Part shown: piece after piece, positions 12,551 through 25,299 of the stretch
How the letters are laid out: each line of letters opens with the position of its first letter
Position numbering within the stretch: position 1 is the stretch's first letter
NCBI RefSeq assembly: GCF_020745735.1
Contig: NC_083416.1
Coordinates: 47,827,131 to 47,891,130 of the forward strand
Direction of reading: 5' to 3'
Length of the DNA stretch: 64,000 nucleotides
Source: Hemiscyllium ocellatum
Lineage: Eukaryota
Notes under the pieces: model-generated
What the model saw: the letters and a program-made list of their open reading frames with translations, nothing else
The model's database searches: none
What the model was told of the DNA's origin: nothing
Program-made: the position numbers and the translations under genes

Positions 12551-13183
12551 CATTTGACATCAGGTCAAATGTGGCCTTGAGCTCAAGGACAGTCACTCTC
12601 ACCTCAACCAATATTTGAACCAAGACTGTAATGAGGTCAGGAGCTAAGTGGCCCTGGCAGAAACCAAACTGAGCACATTATTGCTGATCAAGTGCTTGAT
12701 AGCATTGTTGACAACACCTTCCTTCACCTTACTGATGATCAAGAGTAGACTAATGGGGTGATGATTAGCCTTCCTGCTGAAGGTGTTCACAAACGCTTCA
12801 ATCTTCTCTTTTGTCATTGACATGTTGGGCTCTGTCATCATTGAGGTTGGAGTGTCCATGGAACTCCCTCCTTCTATTCATTGTTTGGCCACCAGCATTG
12901 ACAACTGGGAATGGCAAATTTGCAGACCTTTGATCTGCTTGTTTGGTTTTGGGCATGACTCACACTGTTTATTATGCTGCTTGAAATGTTGAATATGCAT
13001 GTAGACTAGCAATGTAGCTTAGCTTAAGTTGACACTTTAACTTTAGGCAGTAGTGATGCTATCTTGATATGCACTTCTGCATTTCTTTTCTTTGGACTAA
13101 TGTTGAATTCCAGGCTCAATGATAACAGCACAGTGAGAAGGCTGGACCATGAAGTTATAAACTGTTGGGGCATGTACAATTAA

Positions 13184-14668
13184 AGTCATAGAGACGCACA
13201 GCATGGAAACAGAGCCTTCGGTCCAACTCATTCATGCCGACCAGAAATCCTACATTAATTTAGTCCAATTTGCCAGCACTAGCCCATATCCCTCTAACCC
13301 CTTCCTATTCATATACCCATCCAGATGCCTTTCAAATTTTGTAATTGTATCAGCCTCCACCATTTCCTCTGGCAGCTCATCCCATACACTCACCTCTCTC
13401 TCCGACAAAGCTGCACCTTGGGTTTCTTTTAAATCTTTCCCCTCACACCCTAAACCTGTGCCGTCTATTTCTGGACTCCCCCACCCAAGGAAAAAAACCT
13501 TGTCTATTTATCTTATCCACGCCCCTTATGATTTTATAAACGACTAAGGTCAAACACCTACCTCTGATGCTCTATTGAAAACAGCCCCAGCCTATTCAGT
13601 CTTTCCTTATAGCTCAAACCCTTCAAACCTGGCAATATCCGTTGAAAGGGTTCAGAAAATATTTAAAAGTTTCACAACATCCTTCGTATAGGAGGGAAAT
13701 CAGAATTGCACACAATATTCCAAACCAACCAACGCCCTATACAGCCGCAACATGACCTCCCAACTCCTATACTCCATGCTCTGACCAATAAATGAAAGCA
13801 CACCAAATGCTGCCTTCACTATCCTATTTACCTGGTACTCCACTTTCAAGGAGCTATGGACCTGTACACCACAAGGTCTTTTTGTTCAGCAACACTTCCC
13901 AGGACCTTACCATTAAGAGTATAAATCCTGCCCTGACTTGCTTTTAAAATGCAGCACCTCACATTTTATCTAAATTAAACTCCGTCTGTCACTCCTCGGC
14001 CCCAAGGTGTATCTCATCAAGATCCTGTTGTACTCTGAGGTAACCTCCTTTGTTGTCCATTACACCCCCAATTTTGGCTTATCTGCAAATGTACTAACTA
14101 TACCTCCTATGTTCACATCCAAATCATTAAGTAACAAAAAGCAGTGGACGCAGCACAAATCCTTGGGGCACGCCACTGGTCACAGTCCTCCAATCTGAAA
14201 AGCAACGTTCCACCAACCTCTGTCTTCTACCTTCAAGCCAGTTCTGTATCCAAATTGCTAGTTCTCCCTACATTCCATGTGATCTAACTTGGTTAATTAT
14301 TCGATCATGAGGAACCTTGTCAAATGCCTTACCGAAGCCTGTATAGGTAACGTCCATCACTTAGCCCTCATCGATTCTCTTTATTGATACTTCAAAAAAT
14401 ACAATCAAGTTTGTGAGACATCATTTCCCATGCACAAAGCCATGTTGACTATTCCTAATCAGTTCTTCCCTTTCCAAATATATGTAAATCCTGTCCCTTA
14501 AGATTCCCTCCAACAACTTGTCCACCACAGATGTCAGGCTCACTGGTCTAGTTCCCTGGCTTTTTCTAACCACATTTCTTAAATAGTGGCACATGTTAGC
14601 CAACCTCCAGTCTTCTGGGACCTCACCTGTGACTATCGATTGATACAAATATCTTAGCAAGGGGCCCA
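13184..14668 (-). mobile_element. CR1 (HER1-like) LINE, 5'-truncated, about 1.5 kb
   Basis: TGEVPEDWRLAN, RPVSLTSVVDKLLE, SQHGFVHGK, FADK motif; 3' end ...ctctatgact. Confidence 0.9.
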
Positions 14669-16452
14669 ATGCCCCGTTTTGAACTGCTAGATTTATTCTG
14701 AATCTGTCTTATTTAGCACAGCTGTTAATGCTAGTAAAGACCAGGATAGTCCAGTTGTTTTTCCCATAAGTACTATTGTGGACTGACACTTCTTTGCTAG
14801 GTAGGTTATCCAGGATGTGGTTTAAGTAGTATTTTTTCCTTACTATTATCTTGATGTTTTTGTCACCACCTACAGGCCCAGCTGAGCAGCTTGGTCACTA
14901 ATAGTGCGACCAAGCTCCTCTTGATGATGGACATTAAAGTTTTCTCTGTCAATGACCTTGCTGCTCTTAATGTTTATTTCAAGTAGTGTTTAACACCTAG
15001 GAGCACTAATTCATCAGCTGGGGAAGAATGCTATGTGGTAATCATCAAAACAATTCCATGCCCATGGTTTGCATGAAACATCATGAATTTTGGAGACAGC
15101 CAGAGCCATTACCTCATAACTGTCCCCACCTTTTGAATCTGTTCTGATGATGGGGCATAATACAAAATGTTGATTCAGAAGTCTGAGACATTTATAGAGC
15201 ACTGGAAAGTTTGCTACCACTTTGTTTCTTCCACTGGTGAAGGTTGATGGTGCACTCCATTTTATGCAGCAATGCTTTTTCTATTCTAAGCCATTTTGAG
15301 AAAAGAGTTTTTTGGAGAGGTATTTTCTCTTGTGGCATTTATATTCTTGTCAGTTGTTCCTTCTGTCTTTACTTCAGCTCATTATAGATATTTCTTCTTG
15401 TGGCTCCGCACAAAAGTATAGCGACCCTTCTTTAGAACACAAGACCCTTCTGAAGAAGGGTCACTGGACTCAAAACATTTCCTGTATTTCTCTCTCCACA
15501 GAATTGCTAGACCCAAGTTTTTCCAGCAATTTCAGATTTTTGTTTGAGCTTCAACATCTGCGGTTCTTTGTTTTATGCTATGAAAGGTGACTGCTTCTTT
15601 GAAACAAATACTTTCTTCCTTGTGGTATCCTAGATTTATAGACCAGGCAATTCTTTCTTCATTACTTTATTTTGTCTTTGATCAGTGGACATTGATCTAC
15701 CTTCTGTGGAGTTGCATGCAGCCCATCTCCATTTTGTACAAACTAATCTTTGTTTTCATAGTATATCTGAGTCATAGTATAAAAGAGCATGATTTTAACT
15801 CGTTGATGAAGTAAAATGTCTTTGTTTGCCCTATGGATGTTTTCCATGGTCAACTAGATGTTTTTGCATCCTCAAACATGGTAGTGAAGCTGCTTGCTTG
15901 GCATTACCTCTCACTGATAATTGTTTTTTGAAAGGCAAACAATTGAAGTGTTGCTTTTGGGCTTCTATTGACTCCCCATCTGATGACAGTCAAATCTGTT
16001 ATATTAATTTGTTCGCCATAATGTTTTGCTGCTTGAGAAAACTAATCTAAATTGTTCAGTGTTCTCAACTTAGTTATACTACATATTGAAAATGAATAGG
16101 AGCAGGCCAGTCAGATTCTCAAGCCTGCACTGGCTTTTAATAAAATCATGGCTGATCTGCTTGTAATGTCAAATCTACTCCTCCTGATTACCTTTCACTC
16201 CATTGCCTACTAAGAATATATCCTCAGCCTTAAAAATATTCAAGGACACTGCTTACACCTTTTTAGGAAGAGAGATCGCAAGACTTGAGATCCTCCAAGA
16301 GGAAAAATTATTGCTTAATATTTGCTTTAAATGGGTGATGCCTTATTTTTAAACAGTGACCTCTCATTCTAGATTTTTCCCATATGAAGAAACCTTGCTT
16401 TCATACCATCTGCCTTGGTAAGACCTGTGAGGATCTTTGTTTCAAGTCAAGT

Positions 16453-17526
16453 GACATCAAGGAACCTTAGCAAAACTGGAATCAATGGATATCGGGTCAA
16501 ACTCTCCACTGATTGTTGGTAGTCCATTATCTCACTCCTACAGAGATGTTCTGCAATTATCTCCAGGATAGTGTCCTGTGCCCAACCATCTTCAGCTGCT
16601 TCATCAATGATCTCTCCTCTGTGATAAGGTTAGAAGTAGGGATATAGGCTGATGATTTTGTAATGTTCAGCACCATTCATTGTTCCTCAGGTACTGAAGC
16701 AATCCATGTTCAAATATAAAAAGATCTGGACAATATTCAGGCTTGGGTTGACAAGTTGCAAGTATTATCTGTGCCACACAAATGCCAGGTTATCACCATC
16801 ACCAATAGGAGACAATCTAACTACCCTTCCTTGACTTTCAATGGTGTTACCATCACTGAATTCCCCACTATCAACATCCTGGGGAATTACCATTGACCAG
16901 AAACTCAACTGGACCTATCATATAAATACTCTTATTCCCCACAGCATTCCTAGCCTCTGTCCTGCTCCTGTAGCCACTCTCCTCCTGACTCCCCAAAGCC
17001 TATCCATCATCTACAAGGCACAAGTCTGATTGATTGATTATGATGAAATACTCCCCACTTGCCTGGATGAGTGCAGTTCCAACAATACCCAAGAAGCTTG
17101 ACATTATCCAGAACAAAGCAGCCTGCTTGATTGGCAAAGCATTCACTCTCTCCAACACTGATGCTGAGTAGCACCAGTGTGTACTATCTACAAGTTGCAT
17201 TGCAGAAATTCATCAAAGATCCTCAGTAGTACTGCAAACCTATGACCACTTTCATCTGGAAGGGCAAGGGCAGCAGATACATTGGAACACCATCAACTCC
17301 AAATTCCCCTCCAACCTACTCATTATCCTGACTTGGAAATATATCACTGTTCTCTCACTATCGCTGGTCAAAATCCTGGAACTCCTCACCCTCCCCACCC
17401 TGTCACATCACAGTAGGTGGACTGCATCAGTTCAAGAAGGCAGCTCACCACCACCTTCTCAAGAACAAGAAGAGACTGGCTATAAATGCTGGCCAGCCAG
17501 CGATGCCCACATCCCACAAATGAATA
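16453..17526 (+). mobile_element. L2/CR1-group LINE 3' fragment nested in an older CR1 (about 16090-17760, minus strand)
   Basis: SVLCPTIFSCFINDLSSVIR..ADD RT motif; 3' end ataaatgctggccagccagcgatgcccacatcccacaaatgaat. Confidence 0.8.
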
Positions 17527-17999
17527 ATGTTGGCTTTTTAATATTCTAAATTGCAGTCGATGCAATTGTAGCCTTTCCTCCATAGGAAGTCTAGCCCATT
17601 TGGAATATTAGTCAAGTAAACCTTTTCTGAAATGCTTCCAATGCATTTCTATCCTTCCAATAAAGTAATTGATGCTTTGCAGTACACCGGTGCACCGTAT
17701 AACTGAAGCATAACTTCCCTGCTTTATATTCAATTCTTCTCACAATAGACAATAACATTGTTTGTTTTCTTTTGTTTTATTTGAACAAATACAGGAAGTT
17801 CAAAATTGCTCTTCAGTGTTGATTCACCAACTATGGTCCAGGCTGCCCTGGTTTGCCTCCCTTCTGTTTTGAAATAAATGTAGTTGGCAAGATCACATAC
17901 TTGGGCTCAACAATGCTGACAAGGAGGGGTTTCTTGGGTTCACTTTTACTACTTGGGGCCCATGGCAGCATAATCTTAACTTTTAATTCACAACACACT

Positions 18000-19800
18000 T
18001 TGTCTTAGCAATACATGGCATACAGCTATATCAACATAGTAGTTCATTGGGTCACCACTGTGGATTATCAGACCAGCAACAAATTGAATGGACTTGACCC
18101 TCTTGTCTCGGGCTTTTCTGGAAACTACCACCTTCAGCCTCTATCCTTACTTTCCATAATGAGGCAAAGAACACAGTGGCAGGCTTTACAAACTGCTAGG
18201 CCTATTAAAGTGTAGGGATTCTGCCTGAGCAATAGCACAAGGCCCTTTAGCTGCAATCTTTTCAGCATATAGCCTCTGGAAACCAAATCACTTCTGAACA
18301 GCACAGTCAGTTCACAGATTTAGTAACCTTTCTTACCCAGTATATTTTACCTAAGGGAAGCTGGCATAATCTGTTGCTGTTCATGCACTAAAAAGTTGTC
18401 TCTGAGTCTGAAATGCTGTTGCTGCTTCGGGTGGTCGAGCTAGCCTTCAGTTCAACATTGCTGATGTGTAGTACGATCTTGATTGCTCTTTTTTGTTCTT
18501 GTTGAATTTGTATGAGCTCCTTTTGGCCCGTTGCCCGTTGGTTTTACTTTGCCATATAAAATATGTTTTTATACCATCTTGGGTCATCTCATTCAATCTT
18601 TTTTTCTTTTTGGCTTCCACCAAGGGTCTAAGAAGACCTGTGAAGTCTTCTACCAGTTACCCCTTGACTGGTTGCTTGGCAGTGGTTTCTTCCTATATCA
18701 GTTGGAACTTTCTGAATTCCTCCTACCAAGAGTATTTTGAGACACGCAGTGGGCTCAAATGAAAAGTCTTCATTGTGAATTATGTATACAATGTTGACGG
18801 TCTTACATTATTTGAGTTGCCTTGTTACTTGTAGTATATCTTTGATCTTGGGAGTTATTCCACCCAGACTATGTAATTTCATTTCTTTGGCCTGTAACTT
18901 ATATATCTTCAACTATTGCATTTGATCTGGTAGAACAGTGACACTCAACCCTTGATAAAGATTATAATTTACGAGATGTCCATTGACATTAACAAATTTT
19001 GTCAAACGCAACTCAGTCGCATCACCAATTCTCCCTAGAATGCCTTGATTAGCTTTTCTAATGGTCATTGCTCTAATATCTTGAATTCCTTGTATGTGTA
19101 ACTGCCATTGTTACTGAGAAGCAGAAATGATGTAGTACATCTGCATGTTTTTAAAAAACAATCTATAGCAGATAGCCTTTTTTTTAGTTAAAGCTGGGCA
19201 CTGCTTGTGTTTTTCAGATTCTCTTGTTCCACAGTGCTGACAGTTTCTTTTTATACCTGCTGTTTGGTCTACCTTTTTTTTTTGGCATGTCATTTCTGAC
19301 TCTGTGGAGTGTTTATAGTTTATAAGCTTGTATTTATCCTCTCAGAATATATCTGACAGTCTTCCTGATGTTTGCTTCCAGGACAATTTGAAGAGCTTTG
19401 TCCAAAATTAAATCATCTTGGATATATAAATCTCACAAGGCTCATCAATAATTCTGTCTGTAGTGAATCTTGATTTCAAAGCTTCAGAGATACAATTTTC
19501 CACCAACGTGTAGAGATCATTAATTAAATTATCTACAGATTCCTATGAATGCTAAACATCTCTGTTTAAATCTTACCTTTTCAAGAATTTTCCTTTTACT
19601 CTGATTAAAGTAATTATCAGGAGCTTGAAAAATTTTTTCAAAGGTATTTCTGCCTAAATTTATATTTTGGTGATTTATAACATAAGCCACTGAAGGTTCA
19701 CTTCAATTCAGCAGTGTATTTACTTGCTCAGTTTGAGATTAATTTAATTTCAAAGCAATTCTGTACCTTTTTAAAAGCTGTTTTTTCTAAGATATCCAAT
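18000..19800 (-). mobile_element. Highly decayed Gypsy-type LTR retrotransposon gag/pol remnant
   Basis: Zn-knuckle-like CQHCG..HKQCPA..C at 19111-19293; gag-like FINDLYTLVENC..ITDRII near 19440-19535; protease-like GHLVNY..QGLSVTVL near 18930-18985. Confidence 0.6.
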
Positions 19801-20303
19801 CCTGTTCTGTTTGACTGATATGACACTAAACCTTTAAGGTATGATTTCTTCTTCAATTTTCCTAATATGGTGATTATTCTTCCTTTTAAATCTGTAGTAT
19901 TTCAACGCTATTTGTAATCTACTGGAATTTCAGATTTAATTTTAATATATCAATAATATTTTAATCCTCCTGTAAGATATGAATAATACTGAATGGTAGC
20001 TATGTTGTCTTTGAGTCCTTTTTTTAAATAAGTTCCTAAATTTTATTAAAGCAATGCTGTATAATTCCCTTTTTATAAGACCTTTACTAGCTGTTCGTAG
20101 AAGTTTTAATTTTCCCTGCAATGGAATTAAAATACCTCATCACTTGTGGTTTCTGTTAAATGCAAGAGAATAAGTTTATTTGTGTTATGTATTTTATTAT
20201 AATATTTTTGAACTGAGAGTTTTTTTACCTTTAGACAAGAGCGATGCCATACCTTTTTTGAAGTTCAAATTTAACTTGCTTTTCATCCTTTCCTTTTTCC
20301 TAG

Positions 20304-20466
20304 GTGCTTTTACCTGCAGCCAGTCTATTGCAGCTAATGGATGTAAGAACTGCTTGTTGTGATTTTCTGCAATCCCAGTTGCATCCAACCAACTGTCTAG
20401 GAATTCGAGCATTTGCAGATGTTCATACGTGTACAGAGCTGCTGGATGAGGCCAATGCATATGCAG
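20304..20466 (+). CDS. KLHL3: KLHL3 coding exon (human exon 5 equivalent), BTB/3-box/BACK junction
   Basis: Strong pyrimidine tract tcctttttcctag|GTG CTT ... GCA G|gtgggc; 163 nt; [54 protein letters not shown]; phase 0 matches the previous exon. Confidence 0.96.
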
Positions 20467-22430
20467 GTGGGCACTGTTCATTTGGGTTTTATTAAAACCT
20501 CCAAAACCAAGCACAGAACAATGTAAACGTTTTCTCAATCCTGCATTTTGAAAATCTAACTGCCTTTTTGAACTTGTTTTGTTCAAAATACTGTGGATGC
20601 TCGAAACTTGAAATACAAACACAGCATACTGGAAATGTATAGGCTGGGTAGCATCTACGGAGAGAGAAACAAAGACACCTTTTCAGGTTGATGATTTTTC
20701 ATCAAAATTTGGAAACATTAAAGATGTTATTTTTTCAAAAGGGGAAGGGTTGGAAAAGAACAAAAAGAAATGAAACAAAACCAGAAAATTGTTCAAGAAA
20801 CTTGGCAGGCGTGGCAGCATCTGTGGAGAGAAAGCAATGTTAGTGATTCTGGTCCAGTGACCCTTCAGAATGTTCTTAACTTTTCAATTTTTTTTGTCAT
20901 CCAGGGAGCTCAGGTTGCTATACTTTTTACCCATTGTGGAAATGTTCTTTGACTATGCCCAAGCACTGTCCTCTTTTTTTTTGAAAGGCAGCTAATCATT
21001 CAGTTATACTTTGTTTGCCTGTCCCTGATTCTGATGTATCTGAGGCAGATCGGTTTTCACTCCATTAAAATTTGCTATTCCCCAATTACTTATTCTTACT
21101 CTGGTTGCTTCTTGCCCTGGTCTATAACCAACCTACGAGACACAAATGGAGACACTACAATCTTCCTGTTTTGTTCAAAACCCAATCGCTAGATTGCTTT
21201 GTCCTTTTACACACTGCTGTCTTCAACCATTACAACCATAAGCTAACTTTGCATACCAGAAGATTTTAAATGGAGCGTTTAGTGCAGCACTCTAACGTCC
21301 AGTAGACAGTACTAGTGCAGCAGTGGAAAATGAAACCATGTCCATCAGGGCACCTCATTGTGATTGGGTCCGCTGGTGGAGATGGTCACCAACTTTGTCT
21401 TGATATTGACTGTAGACTTTCTTACAGGCTTCCCTGTACTCCAAATATTTTGTTGAATGGATCTATCAGCATTGTCTGTATTCTGCCACGTCATAGAGCC
21501 CTCCACTGAGTATTTTGCAGCAGAATTTAGTGTGATTTAGCTGTCTGATGAACACGTTGCTGTGTTATCCTTGCTCCTGCCATGGTGGCAGGCCTCATTT
21601 GCTTGTTATCTTACCATGTATAGACCCAGCCTCTATGCTCACTTCTAAATTATGCTCAGAGACATCATCTGAGCTGGTGGCAGTAAGTTTGAAATTAAAG
21701 GACAGTACTGTGTCTTCATCATCACTGCTGCCTTGCTGTACTTTTTGCTACCTGAGCAGGTTTCACTTTGAACTGGCAAAAACATAAGGGCAAGGTAATG
21801 GTACAGAAAGAGTGATGGAAGGCAAATGCTGCATGTTTATACTAATTTGTAAATCAGAAGAACATAGGGGTATGAAACTGCTATTATCTTCAGTGGACAC
21901 AATCCAGTGCTCACAGCTGCGGCAATGACCATCTCCATGATAATCAGTGCCTCCATGGATTTCCTTGCATGCAGATGCATCTGTTCCCCTCTGGTTATCT
22001 CCTTCTTCTTCTTCTGGTAGTGTATCACCTTGTTGTGATAGAGAAAGAGAGAGTCATGTAATTTGTGTTGGTGATATTGCTTTCATGGTTGAATAGCTCC
22101 AGTTTATGCAAGCTGTAAGATGTCAATGAGAGTCGCAAGAGTGATAACGTGAGAGGGTGTGATGAACCATATGAACATTGTGTTTGAGTGATTAACTAAT
22201 ATTGTTGGTAAATGATGGAATTGTGGTCAAGTAGGACCTTGTGGACTACAATAGACAATTTAGCCTCTTGAACCTGTCATTTAATGAAAATTATGGTTGA
22301 TCTGTAGCCTAGCTCAGAAAGCGTATGGTGTCCTATTTTCCAAAATATGTTTCATTTGCAAAACTCTACAAGCTCCGATTTATAGTTGACAATTCATCAA
22401 GTATGAATTGCTATTTTACAGATCAGAGTT

Positions 22431-22957
22431 AGTGAGTTTTGAGAAGATTTGTAGCTCAGGTTCAAGTTTTGGATGTAGTTTTGCTCACTGAGCTGGAAGG
22501 TTCATTTCCAGATATTTCATTACCCTACTAGGTAACATCTTCAGTGGGCCTCAGGCAAAGCAATGCTAAAAATTCCTGCTTTCTATTTACACATTTGGAT
22601 TTCTTTGGATTGGTGACGTCATTTCCTATGGTGATGTTATTTCCTGTGGTGAAGTCACTTCCTGTTCCTTTTCTCAGGGGATAGTAGATGAGGTCTGACT
22701 CGATGTGTTTGTTGATAGAGTTCCGGTTGGTATGCCATGCCTCTAGGAATTCTCGTGCATGTCTTTGTTTGGCTTGTCCTAGGATGGATGTGTTGTCCCA
22801 GTCAAAGTGGTGTCCTTCCTCATCCGTTTGTGTGGATACTAGTGAGAGAGGGTCGTGTCTTTTTGTGGCTAGTTGGCCTACTAAAGGTGTTACCTAGTAG
22901 GGTAACGAAACATCTGGAAATGAACCTTCCAGCTCAGCGCGCAAACCTACATCCAAT
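22431..22957 (-). mobile_element. Poseidon/Penelope-type PLE fragment with inverted terminal repeat and 11-bp TSD
   Basis: TSD agatcagagtt (22420-22430, 22958-22968); arms 22469-22550/22875-22956; internal GIY-YIG C-terminus homologous to 45068-45400. Confidence 0.9.
22508..22547 (-). ncRNA. Minimal type I hammerhead ribozyme (Poseidon-type family)
   Basis: CCA-CUGAAGA-U-GUUACC-UAGUAG-GGUAAU-GAAA-UA-UC/UGG; stem III palindrome AUAU. Confidence 0.7.
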
Positions 22958-23878
22958 AGATCAGAGTTCCAAACTACAACCATTCTTAGTGTAGAAATGT
23001 TTCCAAATTCCATTCTTGAAACCATAGTCTTCCTAACCAGAAAGATTTTTTTTTCTCCATGCTACATGTCTGTCTCCTTGATTTTGATCACCTCTCTTAG
23101 CCTTCTAAATTCAGGGAAATGCAACCCTACTTTATGCAACCTTGCCTTTTAATTTAATCTCCTATGTCCAGGTGTCATTTTGATAAACCTACATTGCAGT
23201 CCTCTGAGGTGAATATGCCTTCCTAAATTGTGGTGATCAGAATCATTCACACTGCTCTGGGTCTAGCCTATCTAGGCCTTGCACACAAACATCTGCCACC
23301 TTGCATTCTCATCTTATTGATACAAAATTAACATTTTTGACTTTATTCTGTACTGTTCAATATATTTTGATGAAGTTATGTGCCTGGACACCAAGTCTCT
23401 TTTGGATCTCCACTGTTTCTAATTTTTGATAATTTAGAAAATAGTCCTTTTTCTAATAGCCCAAAATGCATAACAAAATCCATTTGCTGCAATTTTGCCA
23501 AAAGTCTAGTGGTCATGGCAATGTATGAGTAACTTTATTCCTGCCCTCAAACTGGGTCCAAACTGGGGACACCATTTCACCCACCAGGGTAGATGATGAA
23601 ATATGAATTTAATAAAATCTGGAACAGAAAGCTTGCCAAATGCCAACCACGTAACCATGATAGATTTGTAAAATCTTATGTGGTTCATTAATGGCCTGCA
23701 GTGAAGGATCTTTGCTGATCTTATCTGGTCTGGCCTGTATGTGACTCCAAATCCACGCTCTGTGATTGATTCTCAACTGTCTTTTGAAATGACCTAACAA
23801 GCCACTTAATTGTATAAAACTGCATCAAAGCCTTTAAAGAAAGGAACTAAAACTGGATGATTACTCAGCATTGGTTAT

Positions 23879-24011
23879 TTATTCCTGATGAAGGGCTTAT
23901 GCTCGAAACGTCGAATTCTCTATTCCTGAGATGCTGCCTAACCTGCTGTGCTTTGACCAGCAACACATTTGCAGCTGTGATCTCCAGCATCTGCAGACCT
24001 CATTTTTTACT
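23879..24011 (+). mobile_element. Solo Neptune PLE terminal repeat including 3' tail
   Basis: 23879-23977 is identical to the reverse complement of 11395-11493; extends with a tgatctccagcatctgcagacctcattttttact tail. Confidence 0.92.
23881..23916 (+). ncRNA. Minimal type I hammerhead ribozyme, intact, sense to the KLHL3 pre-mRNA
   Basis: AUUC-CUGAUGA-A-GGGC-UUAU-GCUC-GAAA-CG-UC/GAAU; predicted cleavage after C23912. Confidence 0.85.
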
Positions 24012-24445
24012 TTAGGCATTGGAACCAACTATGGCAAACCCAGCCCTACTGACCCTGAATAGTTGTCCTTACTAACGTCTGTGAGTTTGTGCCAAATTTT
24101 GGGAATAGAGGATGTGGTGGTTTCCACAGATTTATCAAGCAGCAGTCTGACATAGTTTTACAGTCATACTTTACAGATATGTCCCAGACAGTGCCATCAC
24201 CACTCCTAGGTCTTTTCTGTTTTGCTAACATGATAGACCTATCTGAGCTGACAGCAGGCAAATGCAGTTGAGATGGTATTGCCTTCAGAATGTGATGACA
24301 CTGCTCCTTTAACAAGTTTATTCTGTCCTTGGCTCTTTTTTCTCAGTGAGGTCATAAAAGCAGTGATTCGAAAGGTCTAGGTTTGAAGACTTTTAGGGCC
24401 AGTTTGATCATAGCTAACAGATACTGCCTCAGGCAACAGGCTTTC

Positions 24446-24782
24446 ATTAGATTAGATTAGATTAGATTCCCTATAGTATGGAAACAAGCCATTCACCCAA
24501 TAAGTACATATCGACCCTCTGAAGAGTAACCTACCCAGATCCATTCTCCTACCTTATGTATACCCCTGAGTAATGGACCTAACACTGGGCAATTTTAGCA
24601 TGGCCAATTCACCTGTCCTGCTCATCCTTTGGATTGTGGAAGGAAACTGGAGCACCTGTAGGAAACCCACGCAGACACAGAGATAATGTGCAAACTCCAC
24701 ACAGTCACCTGAGGCAAGAATCAAACCCAGGTCCCTGGTGCTGTGAGGCAGCAGTGATAACCACTGAGCCACTACACTTCCT
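24446..24782 (-). mobile_element. HE1-like tRNA-derived V-SINE
   Basis: Minus strand gtggctcagtggtta A-box, degenerate B-box, V-domain ctgtgtggagtttgcac..gggtttcct, (TCTAA)n tail. Confidence 0.9.
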
Positions 24783-25299
24783 GGCAATAATTAGCTATAA
24801 TCAAATTGACACTAAAACCCTTTAAAACTAGACCTTTTGGAATGGCTGCAAGGAAAACATAGCCTTGTTAAAAGAGCAGCATTGTCACAAGAGTCTTCAA
24901 CATTGACTGTGGCCCATGCAAATTCAAGACATCAGGCTAGACATGGAAAAGAATCCTCTTTCTGATGATGATGTAGTGCATGATCAGCAATCCTCCATGC
25001 TGAACTCCATCTGGATGAAGCACTGAAGGTGGCAAGGGTAGACAGTTGGTTAGTAAGCACCAGTATTGACCAAGGTGACAGAGTTCTAAAAAGCTTGGTT
25101 CATACACTGTGTTGGTGGAAGATAGTGAGAGAACTAATGAGGAAAGACTTAACGTGACCTTCTCCTTCCCTGTCTAGCTATAGCAAATGCACCTGTCTGT
25201 AGCCACATTGGTAGGAGTGATCACTGCAGAATTCTAGGGAAGACAAAGTCCCTTTTGAGGGTACCATGCAGCATATTGCATGGCACTATCCTCATGCTA

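Larger units (their letters stand above)
10236..15150 (-). mobile_element. Long decayed L2/CR1-group LINE hosting nested Neptune (11395-12550) and CR1 (13184-14668) insertions
   Basis: 3' end at 10236; RT motifs (MEYS..PTTLKKLDIIQDRA, HPISLLLIISKV) continue across both inserts; endonuclease-like remnants near 14900-15150. Confidence 0.75.
23505..24290 (+). mobile_element. 5' end of L2/CR1-group LINE: tRNA-like head followed by an AP-endonuclease start
   Basis: Head homologous to 36450-36653 and 63849-64000; followed by HRFIKQQSDIVLQSYF, resembling an APE N-terminus; interrupted by the PLE at 23879. Confidence 0.6.

Noticed and set aside
11726-12618. Overlapping Pro-rich and Gly-rich ORFs (221, 106, 102 aa etc.)
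   Set aside because: These are alternative-frame and antisense shadows of the GC-rich PLE sequence.
11625-12623. 332-aa ORF as a host or domesticated gene
   Set aside because: The first ~24 codons come from the flanking LINE and the TSD; the rest is a 5'-truncated PLE lacking the RT catalytic core.
20197-20622. 141-aa minus-strand ORF overlapping exon 5
   Set aside because: It is an antisense shadow of the KLHL3 exon plus repeat sequence, with no recognisable domain.
23868-24022. gcattgg as a TSD of the solo PLE repeat
   Set aside because: It is offset from both element ends and may be intrinsic to the host LINE sequence.
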